Shown one piece after another: positions 23,051-33,889 of a stretch of DNA of 38,921 nt (the first letter of the stretch is position 1; each line of letters begins with the position of its first letter). The notes below the pieces were generated by a model. The model was not told where the DNA came from and made no database searches. It saw only the letters and a program-made list of their open reading frames with translations. The DNA is taken from the NCBI RefSeq assembly GCF_001194135.2, contig NC_068982.1, forward strand, positions 11,957,473 through 11,996,393, read 5' to 3'. Source of the stretch: Octopus bimaculoides (taxonomy: Eukaryota). The position numbers and the translations under genes were made by a program.

Positions 23051-23822
23051 ATATACTCTTTACTCTCTTTTACTTGTTTCAGTCATTTGACTGTGGCCAT
23101 GCTGGAGCACCGCCTTTAGTTGAGCAAATCAACCCCAGGGCTTATTCTTTGTAAGCCTAGTACTTATTCTATCGGTCTCTTTTGCCGAACCGCTAAGTTA
23201 CGGGGATGTAAACACACCAGCATCGGTTGTGAAGTGATGTTGGGGGGACAAACACAGACACACAAACATACATATATATATATATACNNNNNNNNNNNNN
23301 NNNNNNNNNNNNNNNNNNNNNNNNNNNNNNNNNNNNNNNNNNNNNNNNNNNNNNNNNNNNNNNNNNNNNNNNNNNNNNNNNNNNNNNNNNNNNNNNNNNA
23401 GTTTTAAACAGAAACAAATTTCACAGTGCATTTACTGCTTATATACTCTTTACTCTCTTTTACTTGTTTCAGTCATTTGACTGTGGCCATGCTGGGGCAA
23501 TGCCTTGAAGAATCTTAATTGAATGAATCAGCACCAGTATTTTTTAAAACCTTGGTACATATTATATCAATCTCTTCTGCTGAACCACTAAACTACAGGG
23601 CTGTAAATACATCAACACTGGTGGTGGGAGACAAACAGAGGTACAAAAACACGCACACACACAAACGATGGGCTTCTTCCAGTTTCTATCAAATCCACTC
23701 GCATGGCTTTGGTCAGCCTGAGGCTATATATAGTAGAAGACATTTGCCCAAGTTGCTGTGAAGTGGAACTGAACTTTGGAGCCATGTAGTTGGAAAGCAG
23801 GCTTCTTACCACATAGCCATGC
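23051..23822 (-). mobile_element. Two SINE family B copies (23051-23287; 23451-23822) either side of a gap
   Basis: Both begin (on +) TACTCTCTTTTACTTGTTTCAGTCATTTGACTGTGGCCATGCTGG. Confidence 0.8.
23288..23399. other. Assembly gap
   Basis: Run of N. Confidence 1.
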
Positions 23823-24360
23823 ATACAGCTAAATTTAATGGAAATAATTGGCTAATTATATTGTTAAGTGTCGTTTACAAATATAAGGACAATTAAAGAT
23901 ACTAAGACTATTCATAGAACGATCATTTAAGAGAAAATATTACAGTATTAATGGAAGCTGGGTTACTGCCAAGTTGCTAATGCTTATCATAATAGATTCA
24001 TATTTGAAAATTTTTTATCTACTTCGCTTGAATTTATCAGAAATAAAAATGAAACTTGATAATAGCAATAAATATATAACTATGGTGAAAATGTAAATAC
24101 AGTGTGTTTAAAATCTACTTCAATAGCTAAAGCCTACTTAAAATTAAAACCATCTCATTCTTTAATTAGAGTCCTTTTTCATGCCTTATTGCTTAACTTT
24201 ATAATGCATGTAGCTCTCTGTATATGTGTATATCATTGGACATTGAAAAATTATAACATATGGATTGATGTCAGCTGTGGATGAATCATGCCAGTAGTGT
24301 GTGTGTGTGCGTGCATGTGTACATGTATTTTGTTCTCCGGTGCATAAATGGGACAAACTT

Positions 24361-24850
24361 GTTGCTGAGATGAATTTTCATTCATGAGGACAGCATCTGA
24401 AAGTTTCGCTTTTTGAGTTGAGGAAATTACCCAGATCATGGGAATTTTTTAGATTGATTCTCCTTTCTGCCAAACAATGCTTGCAATGACTACTTCCATT
24501 TAAATATAGTCCGGGTTGCTCTAGTGATTTTGTATCGATTTTGAGGGTATTGCTTCCTCTTTTAATCACCATATATAAATGGTTAATGTTGTAACATTGC
24601 ATTTCACTTAGATTATAAAAGAGGAATGATGATTATTTCTGTATGTGCATTGCTCCTTTGTTGTTGAACAACACCACCTCTGCTTTGTAGATCATTGCAG
24701 TCACCATTCACTGGGCATTCATTGTAAACTCTACACGAGCATCTTTCCTCTGCCCAAGGCCTTAAGATACTCACAAAAAATTTTCTTTTGAAACAAGGCT
24801 CACAGCTAAACAAGACTCTGTATGTCTTTGCGATGATGCCATTTGGGAAC
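24361..24850 (-). pseudogene. Penelope-like retroelement relic: linker plus GIY-YIG endonuclease region
   Basis: Frameshifted pieces read KTYRVLFSCEPCFK, RCSCRVYNECPVNGDC, IYKAEV and YLNGSSHCKHCLAE...FLNSKSETFRCCPHE*KF. These match the PLE pattern VSYSC..CNC..CPLNG.C..VYKA.V..Y.NG...C.LCL.E...LN.RSE...CRH.NKF. Confidence 0.8.
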
Positions 24851-24968
24851 TAGACACTACTTTGGATCCGGCAGAGATTTGAACTCAGAATATAGAGGTG
24901 AGAAAGTGGTGTTGTTGCTTTGCTTGTCACATTTAATTGCCTACAACCAAAACAATATTGCCACATTT

Positions 24969-25161
24969 CTCTCAGATGTACTGATTTTGCCTTTACTCTG
25001 ACCCAGAGAAACCTCTTGATAACTGTGAAAAGTACCCCAGTTGGCTTAAATTAGCATAAGCTCACTTTATCTGTCTATTGCTTCCTCCAAAAACATTACT
25101 GACTGTTGATGAGTGATGTTACTCTTGTCTTGTTGTCAGAAAAGACAGACATATGCCAAAA
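24969..25161 (+). repeat. Left arm of long inverted repeat
   Basis: Reverse complement of 26355-26563, with 8 substitutions and one 16-bp indel counted by eye. Confidence 0.95.
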
Positions 25162-25704
25162 GAACTCTTGTATTGGACTAATTATTGATGACACAGATGA
25201 TCGCTAGTTTCCTTGAATTTAAGATATTAGACTAATTTAATAGGTTTAAGTTAACAGGTTGGTAATAAAATAAAATAATAAAAGCTGGATCAATTTAATA
25301 TGCTGAAATATCAATAAAGCCTACTTACAATTATTTTAATGTTTAATATCAGAATGAAGTTTTTAAAAGCTATTTATGTTTCAAATAGAATTTAAGATAG
25401 TTGAAAATATTTTGATGCTTCTGTTAAAAAAATATTTAAAACTAAAGATATTTTTTATTGTTTAAAATGATGCTATTATAAGCAGTTATTTAATTTATCC
25501 TTTTCTATTGAGAAAACTGTATTATACCTATTAAAATGAAAATATTAAAATAAATATTTAATTTATAATCTTACTTCAATTCATAAAAATGTAATGTACT
25601 TATTAGTGCATATTGTAATTAAAAAGTATTGCAGAATTTATGTGTGTGTCTGTGAGTGCGTATGAAAAATATTAAGAAGTTGAAAATGCATAAAAGTTTT
25701 CTTG

Positions 25705-25712
25705 TGTATATG

Positions 25713-25747
<35 letters not shown>

Positions 25748-25820
25748 GTGTGTATGTGTGTGTATATATATGTGTGTGTCTATGTATATATATATATATA
25801 TGTATGTGTGTGTATGCGTG
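25705..25820. repeat. Compound (TA)n/(TG)n microsatellite
   Basis: Read directly from the sequence. Confidence 0.9.
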
Positions 25821-26354
25821 TTGTGTAATGAAAACAAACTTTTTAATGTTAGAGAATAATTTTATTCTATGAGTTTGTATGTATGAAAAATAAGAATATA
25901 ATAATACGTTTTCACAGAATAATTTTTTAGGTATCATAGTTTAATTGAAATTATATCGGTATGTGTATTCTTAGGATGAGTTTTGGCATATATAATTTAT
26001 ATAAACATATAAAAGTGAGAAGGATAGAAGGGAACTTGGAAAAATAAGGAGCCAAATGTTGCTTCAAATCATTTGTATAGAAAAATGTTTTAGCATATAC
26101 ATTTCTGAGTTTTGTAACTGAAAGGTTTTTTTTTTCTTTTGTAGCATAAGAAAAAAAATCACTTTTAGCTGAGCTGAATCTGGTTTCATTGATTTCAGTT
26201 TACAAAGTTTTATGGAATTTTCCATATTTTCCCCGCATTTAAAGCAATGTATGGTTTAATGATTAAATAAGCATATCACTTATGACATTTCCAAAACAAA
26301 GGATGCAACCCTCATTTATGATTCTGTGTTGCTGGTGCTCTTAAAGTAAAGCTA

Positions 26355-26563
26355 TTTTGGCATATGTCTGTCTTTTCTGACATCAAGACAAGAGTAGCAT
26401 CACTCATCAACAGTCAGTAATGTCTTTGGAGGAAGCGAGAGACAGATAAAGTGAGCCTATGCTAATCTTAGCCAGAATTGATTTAAACCAACTGGGGTAC
26501 TTTTCACAGTTATCAAGAGGTTTCTCTGGGTCAGAGTAAAGGCAAAATCAGTGCATCTGAGAG
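26355..26563 (-). repeat. Right arm of long inverted repeat
   Basis: Reverse complement of 24969-25161. Confidence 0.95.
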
Positions 26564-26982
26564 TGTCACTTCAATTTTTTTTCGTTTTTGGTGGGATGAT
26601 TGTAGCTGATATTTGTGCTGGTGTCATTGTTCTTGTTACTATCAGTCTAAATCCAGTGCAAATGATGAGGTGGACCTTTCAATGGTTTGTAATTCTGTTT
26701 TGGTCCACATATATATTCAGAGAGGTATACTCACATATATACATTTACATACACCAACATACATAAACACACACATGTACACATATGCATAAATATAAAC
26801 GTATCATATATGTACACACCTATAGGATTATATATATATACATATAAATTCACATCCACTATATATATATATATATATATATCAATCGATATATCAATAT
26901 ACACACATACATATCTACACATATCAACTAATGTATTTTGATTTATATAAATGTACACACACACACACGCATATATACAACT

Positions 26983-27296
26983 ATCATCATCATCATCATC
27001 ATCGTTTAACGTCCGCTTTCCATGCTAGCATGGGTTGGACGATTTGACTGAGGACTGGTGAAACCGGATGGCAACACCAGGCTCCAGTCTGATTTGGCAG
27101 AGTTTCTACAGCTGGATGCCCTTCCTAACGCCAACCACTCAGAGAGTGTAGTGGGTGCTTTTACGTGTCACCCGCACGAAAACGGCCACGCTCGAAATGG
27201 TGTCTTTTATGTGCCACCCGCACAAGCCAGTCCAGGGGCACTGGCAACGATCTCGCTCGAAAATCCTACAGGAGCCAGTCAGGCGGTACTGGCAAC
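26983..27296 (-). mobile_element. RTE family A 3' end, young copy running into a gap
   Basis: Reverse complement of 30-345, with about 4 differences over about 295 bp of non-tail sequence. Confidence 0.85.
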
Positions 27297-28098
27297 NNNN
27301 NNNNNNNNNNNNNNNNNNNNNNNNNNNNNNNNNNNNNNNNNNNNNNNNNNNNNNNNNNNNNNNNNNNNNNNNNNNNNNNNNNNNNNNNNNNNNNNNNNNN
27401 NNNNNNNNNNNNNNNNNNNNNNNNNNNNNNNNNNNNNNNNNNNNNNNNNNNNNNNNNNNNNNNNNNNNNNNNNNNNNNNNNNNNNNNNNNNNNNNNNNNN
27501 NNNNNNNNNNNNNNNNNNNNNNNNNNNNNNNNNNNNNNNNNNNNNNNNNNNNNNNNNNNNNNNNNNNNNNNNNNNNNNNNNNNNNNNNNNNNNNNNNNNN
27601 NNNNNNNNNNNNNNNNNNNNNNNNNNNNNNNNNNNNNNNNNNNNNNNNNNNNNNNNNNNNNNNNNNNNNNNNNNNNNNNNNNNNNNNNNNNNNNNNNNNN
27701 NNNNNNNNNNNNNNNNNNNNNNNNNNNNNNNNNNNNNNNNNNNNNNNNNNNNNNNNNNNNNNNNNNNNNNNNNNNNNNNNNNNNNNNNNNNNNNNNNNNN
27801 NNNNNNNNNNNNNNNNNNNNNNNNNNNNNNNNNNNNNNNNNNNNNNNNNNNNNNNNNNNNNNNNNNNNNNNNNNNNNNNNNNNNNNNNNNNNNNNNNNNN
27901 NNNNNNNNNNNNNNNNNNNNNNNNNNNNNNNNNNNNNNNNNNNNNNNNNNNNNNNNNNNNNNNNNNNNNNNNNNNNNNNNNNNNNNNNNNNNNNNNNNNN
28001 NNNNNNNNNNNNNNNNNNNNNNNNNNNNNNNNNNNNNNNNNNNNNNNNNNNNNNNNNNNNNNNNNNNNNNNNNNNNNNNNNNNNNNNNNNNNNNNNNN
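27297..28098. other. Assembly gap
   Basis: Run of N. Confidence 1.
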
Positions 28099-28133
28099 CT
28101 TTCTGTTGAAGAGCGTAGCTCGAAACGTTAAAG
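28099..28133 (+). ncRNA. Minimal hammerhead-like fold with variant core (CUGUUGA)
   Basis: CUUU-CUGUUGA-A-GAGC[GUA]GCUC-GAA-ACGU-U-AAAG. Stems I and II are perfect and stem III is the palindrome ACGU. The core has U at conserved A6. Confidence 0.45.
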
Positions 28134-28296
28134 ACTTTCTCTATTCCCGAACATTAAACTAATACATCCTTATGTTGTTTATACCACCTGTCCTCATCTG
28201 TTGTTTTTTCGTAAATTCTCCGATATATATATATATATATATATAAAGAGAGAGAGAGTTATATATCTAGCTATATACATACACTCCAACCCACAG

Positions 28297-28391
28297 ATCA
28301 TCATCATCATCATCATCATCGTTTAACGTCCGCTTTCCATGCTAGCATGGGTTGGACGATTTGACTGAGGACTGGTGAAACCGGATGGCAA
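28297..28391 (-). mobile_element. RTE family A, extreme 3' fragment
   Basis: Matches 26983-27074 apart from tail length, and is truncated at (TA)n. Confidence 0.8.
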
Positions 28392-28845
28392 TATATATAT
28401 ATATATACACATATATACATACATGCTTCCAGTTATACATATAGCATATTACAGAAGAAGGACATTAGTGTAAACATATTGACAGCTATATTTCCAGTTG
28501 GTGCAGTTATTGGTATTCTTTCCACTTTGGTTATCATTTAACGAGAATTTTCATTAGTGTAACTAATTGGAGGAACATCCTGCATATATAGTCAGTGTTG
28601 TTAGTTAATTAAAACATAATGTATTGTGTTTTGGTTTGTATTTATTAATGAAATACATTATTGTTCCATAGCCCTTCCATCATTGGGTCACTGCACTGGT
28701 AGACAGGGAAGACAGAAGAATTGGGTAAGACCTGCCCCCACAGTTATCTGTATGTTCACTTAGGGGTATTTTTCTTGTGCATGGTTCTCTGATTTGTTGT
28801 TGGTGTACCATATATATATATATATATATAATATTTTTAGAATAT

Positions 28846-29025
28846 TTCTTTTATTTGTTTCAGTCATTTGACTGCGGCCATGCTAGAGCACTGCTTTTAG
28901 TCAAACAAATCGACCCCAGGACTTATTCTTTGTAAGCCTAGTACTTATTTTATCGGTCTCTTTTGCCGAACTGCTAAGTGATGGGGATATAAACACACCG
29001 ACTTTGGTTGTCAAGCAATGGTGTG
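28846..29025 (-). mobile_element. SINE family B, 3' half
   Basis: TTGTTTCAGTCATTTGACTGCGGCCATGC...GGTTGTCAAGCAATGGTG. Confidence 0.8.
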
Positions 29026-29089
29026 GTGAAGCAACTACGGGTGAAGAATGAGAAAAAAGTATAATGTATATATATTACATACACACGTA

Positions 29090-29250
29090 GGCGGAAGCGT
29101 AACAGTGTGGTAAGAAGCTTGCTTCCCAACCACATGGTTGCAGGTTCAGACCCACTGCATGGCACCTTGGGCGAGTGTCTTCTACTATAGACTCGGGCCA
29201 ACCAAAGCCTTGAGTAGATTTGGTAGATGGAGACTGAAAGAAGTCTGTTG

Positions 29251-29290
<40 letters not shown>

Positions 29291-29495
29291 TGCGTTTGTC
29301 CCCCCACCATTGCTTGACAACCGATGTTGATGTGTTTATGGCTCTGTAACTTAATAGTTTGGCAAAAGTGGCCGATAGAATAAGTACTAGACTTACAAAA
29401 AATAAGTCCTGGGGTTGATTTGTTTAACTGAAACCACTTAAGGTGGTGCTCCAGCATGGCCACAGTCAAATAACTGAAAAAAAAATAAAAGAATA
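29090..29495 (+). mobile_element. SINE family B, near full length
   Basis: GTGTGGTAAGAAGCTTGC...GGTTCAGACCC...GGCACCTTGGGCGAG...CAGTCAAATAACTGAAA. Confidence 0.85.
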
Positions 29496-30123
29496 AAATT
29501 TATAATAACATATATCATATATATACACATAATATATATTATATGTGTGTGTGTGTGTGTGTGTGGATGTCTGTGCATATATGTATGTATTTGTCAGAAG
29601 CAATATCATGATATTACAGGAACAAGCGTATTTCTGTGAGTCTTCTTATATTACTTACAACGTATGGAGTCTTCGTATTTTGTTGGAACAGACAATGACT
29701 ATACAAATATCATTTCATTACCTTATTCTAGAAAGCAATACGATAAAATATCAGATGTTGGTTTTAGGATAAAATGCATAATATTAAAATTTCAAGAATC
29801 CATAGCATAATCAATAAATTTGAAATGAAAAATAGCTGGCAAAACTTCAAATTTAATTAAAATAATATTTGTTCTTAATTTGTATTCGTTTTTGAATGAC
29901 AATGACTTAAGAATTAGATGCCATAGAAAAAATTTCAAGATATGTTTAGCGTGCAACTAACTCAAGGTTAAAGTTGACTGTGTTGGGAGGGAATAATAAC
30001 AGTGTCAGTCAGCAAAGTAAATATTTTAATTCTAACGAAAAACAGAAAGCTGATAATTGAGATGTTGGAGCTCGTAATATGACATAGAAAGCATTCAATA
30101 GCTGCTGTTGTTTAGCCCCAGGT

Positions 30124-30310
30124 CAGCGAGCTGGCAGAACCACTGGCACACTGGGTGAAATGCTTAGTGATTTTTTTTGTCTGTCTTTACATTCTGAGTT
30201 CAAATCCAGCTTGAGCTGACTTCACCTTTCCTCCTTTAGGGGTTGACAAAATAAGTACCAGGTGAGTGCTGGCGGGGGGGGGGGGGGGGTGATGCAATTG
30301 ACTTAACTAC
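30124..30310 (+). mobile_element. SINE family C
   Basis: CAGCGAGCTGGCAGAAC...GAGTTCAAATCC...AATAAGTACCAG. Confidence 0.75.
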
Positions 30311-30349
30311 TCCTGGGTATGGGTATAAAACCTGTGAAAACTATCATAT

Positions 30350-30730
30350 AGGCACAGGAGTGGCTGTGTGGTAAGAAGCTTGCTTCATAACCACATAGTT
30401 CTAGGTTCAGCCTTGCTGTGTGGCACCTTGGGCAAGTGTCATCTACTATAGCCTTTGGCCGACCAAAGCCTTGTGAGTGAATTTGGTAGACGGAAACTGA
30501 AAGAAGCCTGTTGTATATATATGTGTGTGTTTGACCCTCACCACTACCACCATTGCTTGACAACTGATGTTGGTGTGTTTACGTCCTAGTAACTTAGCAG
30601 TTCAGCAAAACAGGCAAATAGAATAAGCACCAGGCTTATAAAGAATAAGTCCAGGGGTCGATTTCTTTGACTAAAAGGCGGTGCCCCAGCATGGCCACAG
30701 TCAAATGACTGAAACAAGTAAAAGAATAGA
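30350..30730 (+). mobile_element. SINE family B, full length
   Basis: GGCACAGGAGTGGCTGTGTGGTAAG head through to the GACTGAAACAAGTAAAAGAATAGA tail. Confidence 0.85.
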
Positions 30731-30964
30731 AGAACCTCTCTGCCAAGCCATGTCACATGTGACAGTGTGGCAGAGTAGACTCATCAAACCAGTAGGATCT
30801 CAAGATTCTCAGGTTGAGAGAACAATCTAAGGCCTTCATCCTGCAGTGGACTGAATACGAACAGTCCAATTCAGTCCAGTTCCAGGTCAGCCATAGTCAA
30901 GTAGACTTATAATCAAAAGCAAGCCAATCTAGTTTATAATTTCATTCTAATATGTTCAGTATGG

Positions 30965-31152
30965 CTCTTGGGCCAGTGGCACATAAAAAGCACCCACCAC
31001 ACTCTCGGAGTTGGCATTAGGAAGGGCATCCAGCTGTAGAAGCATTGCCAGATCAGATTGGAGCCTGGTGCAGCCACTGGCTCTCCAGACCTCAGTCAAA
31101 CCGTCCAACCCATGCCAGCATGGAAAACGGATGTTAAACGATGATGATGATT
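30965..31152 (+). mobile_element. RTE family A 3' end
   Basis: GGCACATAAAAAGCACCC...AGGAAGGGCATCCAGCTGTAG...GTTAAAC(GAT)n. Confidence 0.8.
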
Positions 31153-31330
31153 GATAGCCGACGAGAATGTATTGTAGCTCTTTGCTCCAGCATTCAAAAC
31201 TCCAAGTACTATGACAACCTTTGACTGTTTGTTCTAATTTATAATATACATAAATAATTTTCTATTTCTCTAATATTGAGATCTCATTCTTTTGTTGTCA
31301 CATTTTATTATATACATATATACATACACA

Positions 31331-31380
<50 letters not shown>

Positions 31381-31714
31381 AACAGGTATGCTAGTATGAA
31401 TGAGAGAGAGAGAGAGAGAGAAGATGCAGCTGATGGTCTCATTGTCTGTCTGTCAGTATCTCAGTGAGTCAGTGTCCACCCCCACCCCCGAAAAGAGATT
31501 AGTGTCTCATTAAAAAGAATCTATTAGTTGGAGTTTTGTAGCCTTTCAGATGTTATTTGATGGAATCTCTTGCTTGAATGTTTTGAGCACCTGCTGCCTA
31601 AACATATGCTATTTTGCTCTTTTAATAGCATTGTTATTAAAGGAATGTCATTTGGAATTAGGTGAAAGACCAAACTAGAAATAAGAATATACTCCTCAAA
31701 CAGATGGTGACAAT

Positions 31715-32164
31715 CAGCGCTGGATTAACCATAAATAAGCATGTGCTTAGGGCATCAAGGGACGGGGGGGGGGCACAGAAATGGTAAATGGTTTACGGCA
31801 CAATAGAAATCACTTTAAACTTGCTAAAATAATATTCATAATGTCTTATCTCTACTAAATATAGAAGCAGAAGTTTTATGTAAAATTAATTTTAACGATA
31901 TCATTGAACACTTTGCAATTAAAAAAAATATGAAGGAGGAAACTTTTCAAATATAAATAAAATGGAAGCATACAAAAATAAGCATCATTTTCCATCTTAC
32001 TGTGAATTTTGTTTCATTTTGGAAAAATAAAAATTAATTTTATGGTTTATTGTCATTTACATTTTGAATTATTTTTGATTACATTTTGAACCATTTATAT
32101 ATACCTGAGGGCACCAAAACCATTTTAAGTGCTTGGGGCCTCTGTGGGTCTTAATTCGGCCCTG
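31715..32164 (+). mobile_element. Internally deleted hAT (Tip100-like) DNA transposon
   Basis: TIRs CAGCGCTGGATTAA / TTAATTCGGCCCTG, with a perfect 8-bp TSD GTGACAAT at 31707-31714 and 32165-32172. The internal relic LSLLNIEAEVLCKINFNDIIEHFAIKK resembles the hAT C-terminal dimerisation domain. Confidence 0.9.
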
Positions 32165-32409
32165 GTGACAATTCACTATGTTTTCAGTGTTCTTAGCCCA
32201 AAATTAGTCTTCATTGATCAAAGATATTCCAGTCATGACCATCCTGTCTTTCGCACTCATAGTATATCAATGTATAATGTTTTTTACTTATTTAATATGG
32301 TAGGTGCCATGCAGCTGACCATTGTTTTAGGTGCCTCTTGCTTTTGTAGTCCTGAGCAGAGACAGACACTTTCTTGGTCCCCTCACTCTTTATTTGACAG
32401 AAAACAAGG

Positions 32410-32560
32410 ATGACACACATTTTCAGCTGAGCCGACTGAAACAACACAAAATGATGCGCCTTGCTCAAGAACATAACACGCATCCTGGTCCAGGAATTGA
32501 TCCCAAAGACTTAAGATTCTGAGTCCAAAACCTTAACCTCTAGGCTAAATACCCTCTCAC
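32410..32560 (-). mobile_element. SINE family D, head fragment
   Basis: CAGCTGAG...CTTGCTCAAGAACATAACAC...CCAGGAATTGA...CCTTAACCTCTAGGC. Confidence 0.6.
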
Positions 32561-32596
32561 AAACACATGACAGGCTCCTGTAGTGTCTTTTATTGT

Positions 32597-32853
32597 TTAC
32601 TTGTTTCACTCAGACTGTGGCCATGCTGGAGCACCACCTTGAAGAATTTTAGTACTTTTTTTAAAAAACCTGGTACTTATTTTATTAGCCTCTTTCTACT
32701 GAATCACTAAGTCAAGGGATGTAAACACACCAACACCAGTGGTGGTGGGGGAAAACACAAAGACTAACACACAAGCTTCTTTCAGTTTCCATCTACCAAA
32801 TCTACTCATGAGGCTTTGGTCAGCCCAAGGCTATAGTGGAAAACACCTGCCCA
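32597..32853 (-). mobile_element. SINE family B, partial
   Basis: GACTGTGGCCATGCTGGAGCACC...GGCTATAGTGGAAAACACCTGCCC. Confidence 0.75.
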
Positions 32854-33856
32854 CTATTAAACACATAGGCCCTGTGAAAGGTTACGAGGTCATTAGCACT
32901 GCCTTCGCTTGACTAAAAAAGATTAAAAATCCAGCACAAAACCTTGTTAGTGTGTTTGTCACAGTGACATACATGTGAAAATTTTAATCTCCATTTCTTA
33001 TCATTTTCTGTTTGATAGCAATAATTTCATTATGTATATATTTGAATAAATAAATATATATTGTCCTATTGGCATGTAATTTAGTCACCCTGTGAATTTA
33101 GGTTCCATTATTTTGGCAGTTTGAGATAGACCCAACTAGCTGTTTTTTTTTTTGTTACTTAACAACTTGTCAGGACCAACTTCTAAAACTGCTTACAAAA
33201 AGTAATAAAAAGCTACTTATTAAAATGTAAACATGTTTATGTCTAAGCAAAGCACGTTTACATAACGATAAAAAGGTTGATGACCGAGTGATAATTATTA
33301 GATTGTCAACACAGAATGACTTGTGAATAAATAAATATAATCCGTTCTATATTGGGTACTCTTGTAATTATATTTTAATAATTTAAGGCAAAAGAAAATA
33401 TTTAAAAAATTAAAATGTATAAATAACTCTTTATTATAACATAATGCCCATCATTTTATCACAAGATACTTTTGTTTGTTTTCTTTTCACATATTTACAT
33501 TACATGAAAGCAAACTAACTCCTGCTGAAGACATATTCTGCAAACAAATTAGTTTAGAATTATTCCAAACAATTAAGCAAATTATGATTAAACAAATTAT
33601 AAAGTAATTGTAAAATTTTCCCAAATTATTGAATTCAATTGATGAAATATGAATTCATTTTTTTTTTTTATTATTATTTTCAGAGTTAGTAGCCAACCAA
33701 TATATTTTGATATTAAATAATTGAATGCAACAAAATCCATTGGAAATTATTTTATTATTGCTGTATTTTAATGTAAATGTTTGTCTTGTCTTTGAGAAGC
33801 TATTTAAGGAATTGTAAATTTGGATTAATTCCAAATACCATACTAAGATAGAATGG

Positions 33857-33889
<33 letters not shown>

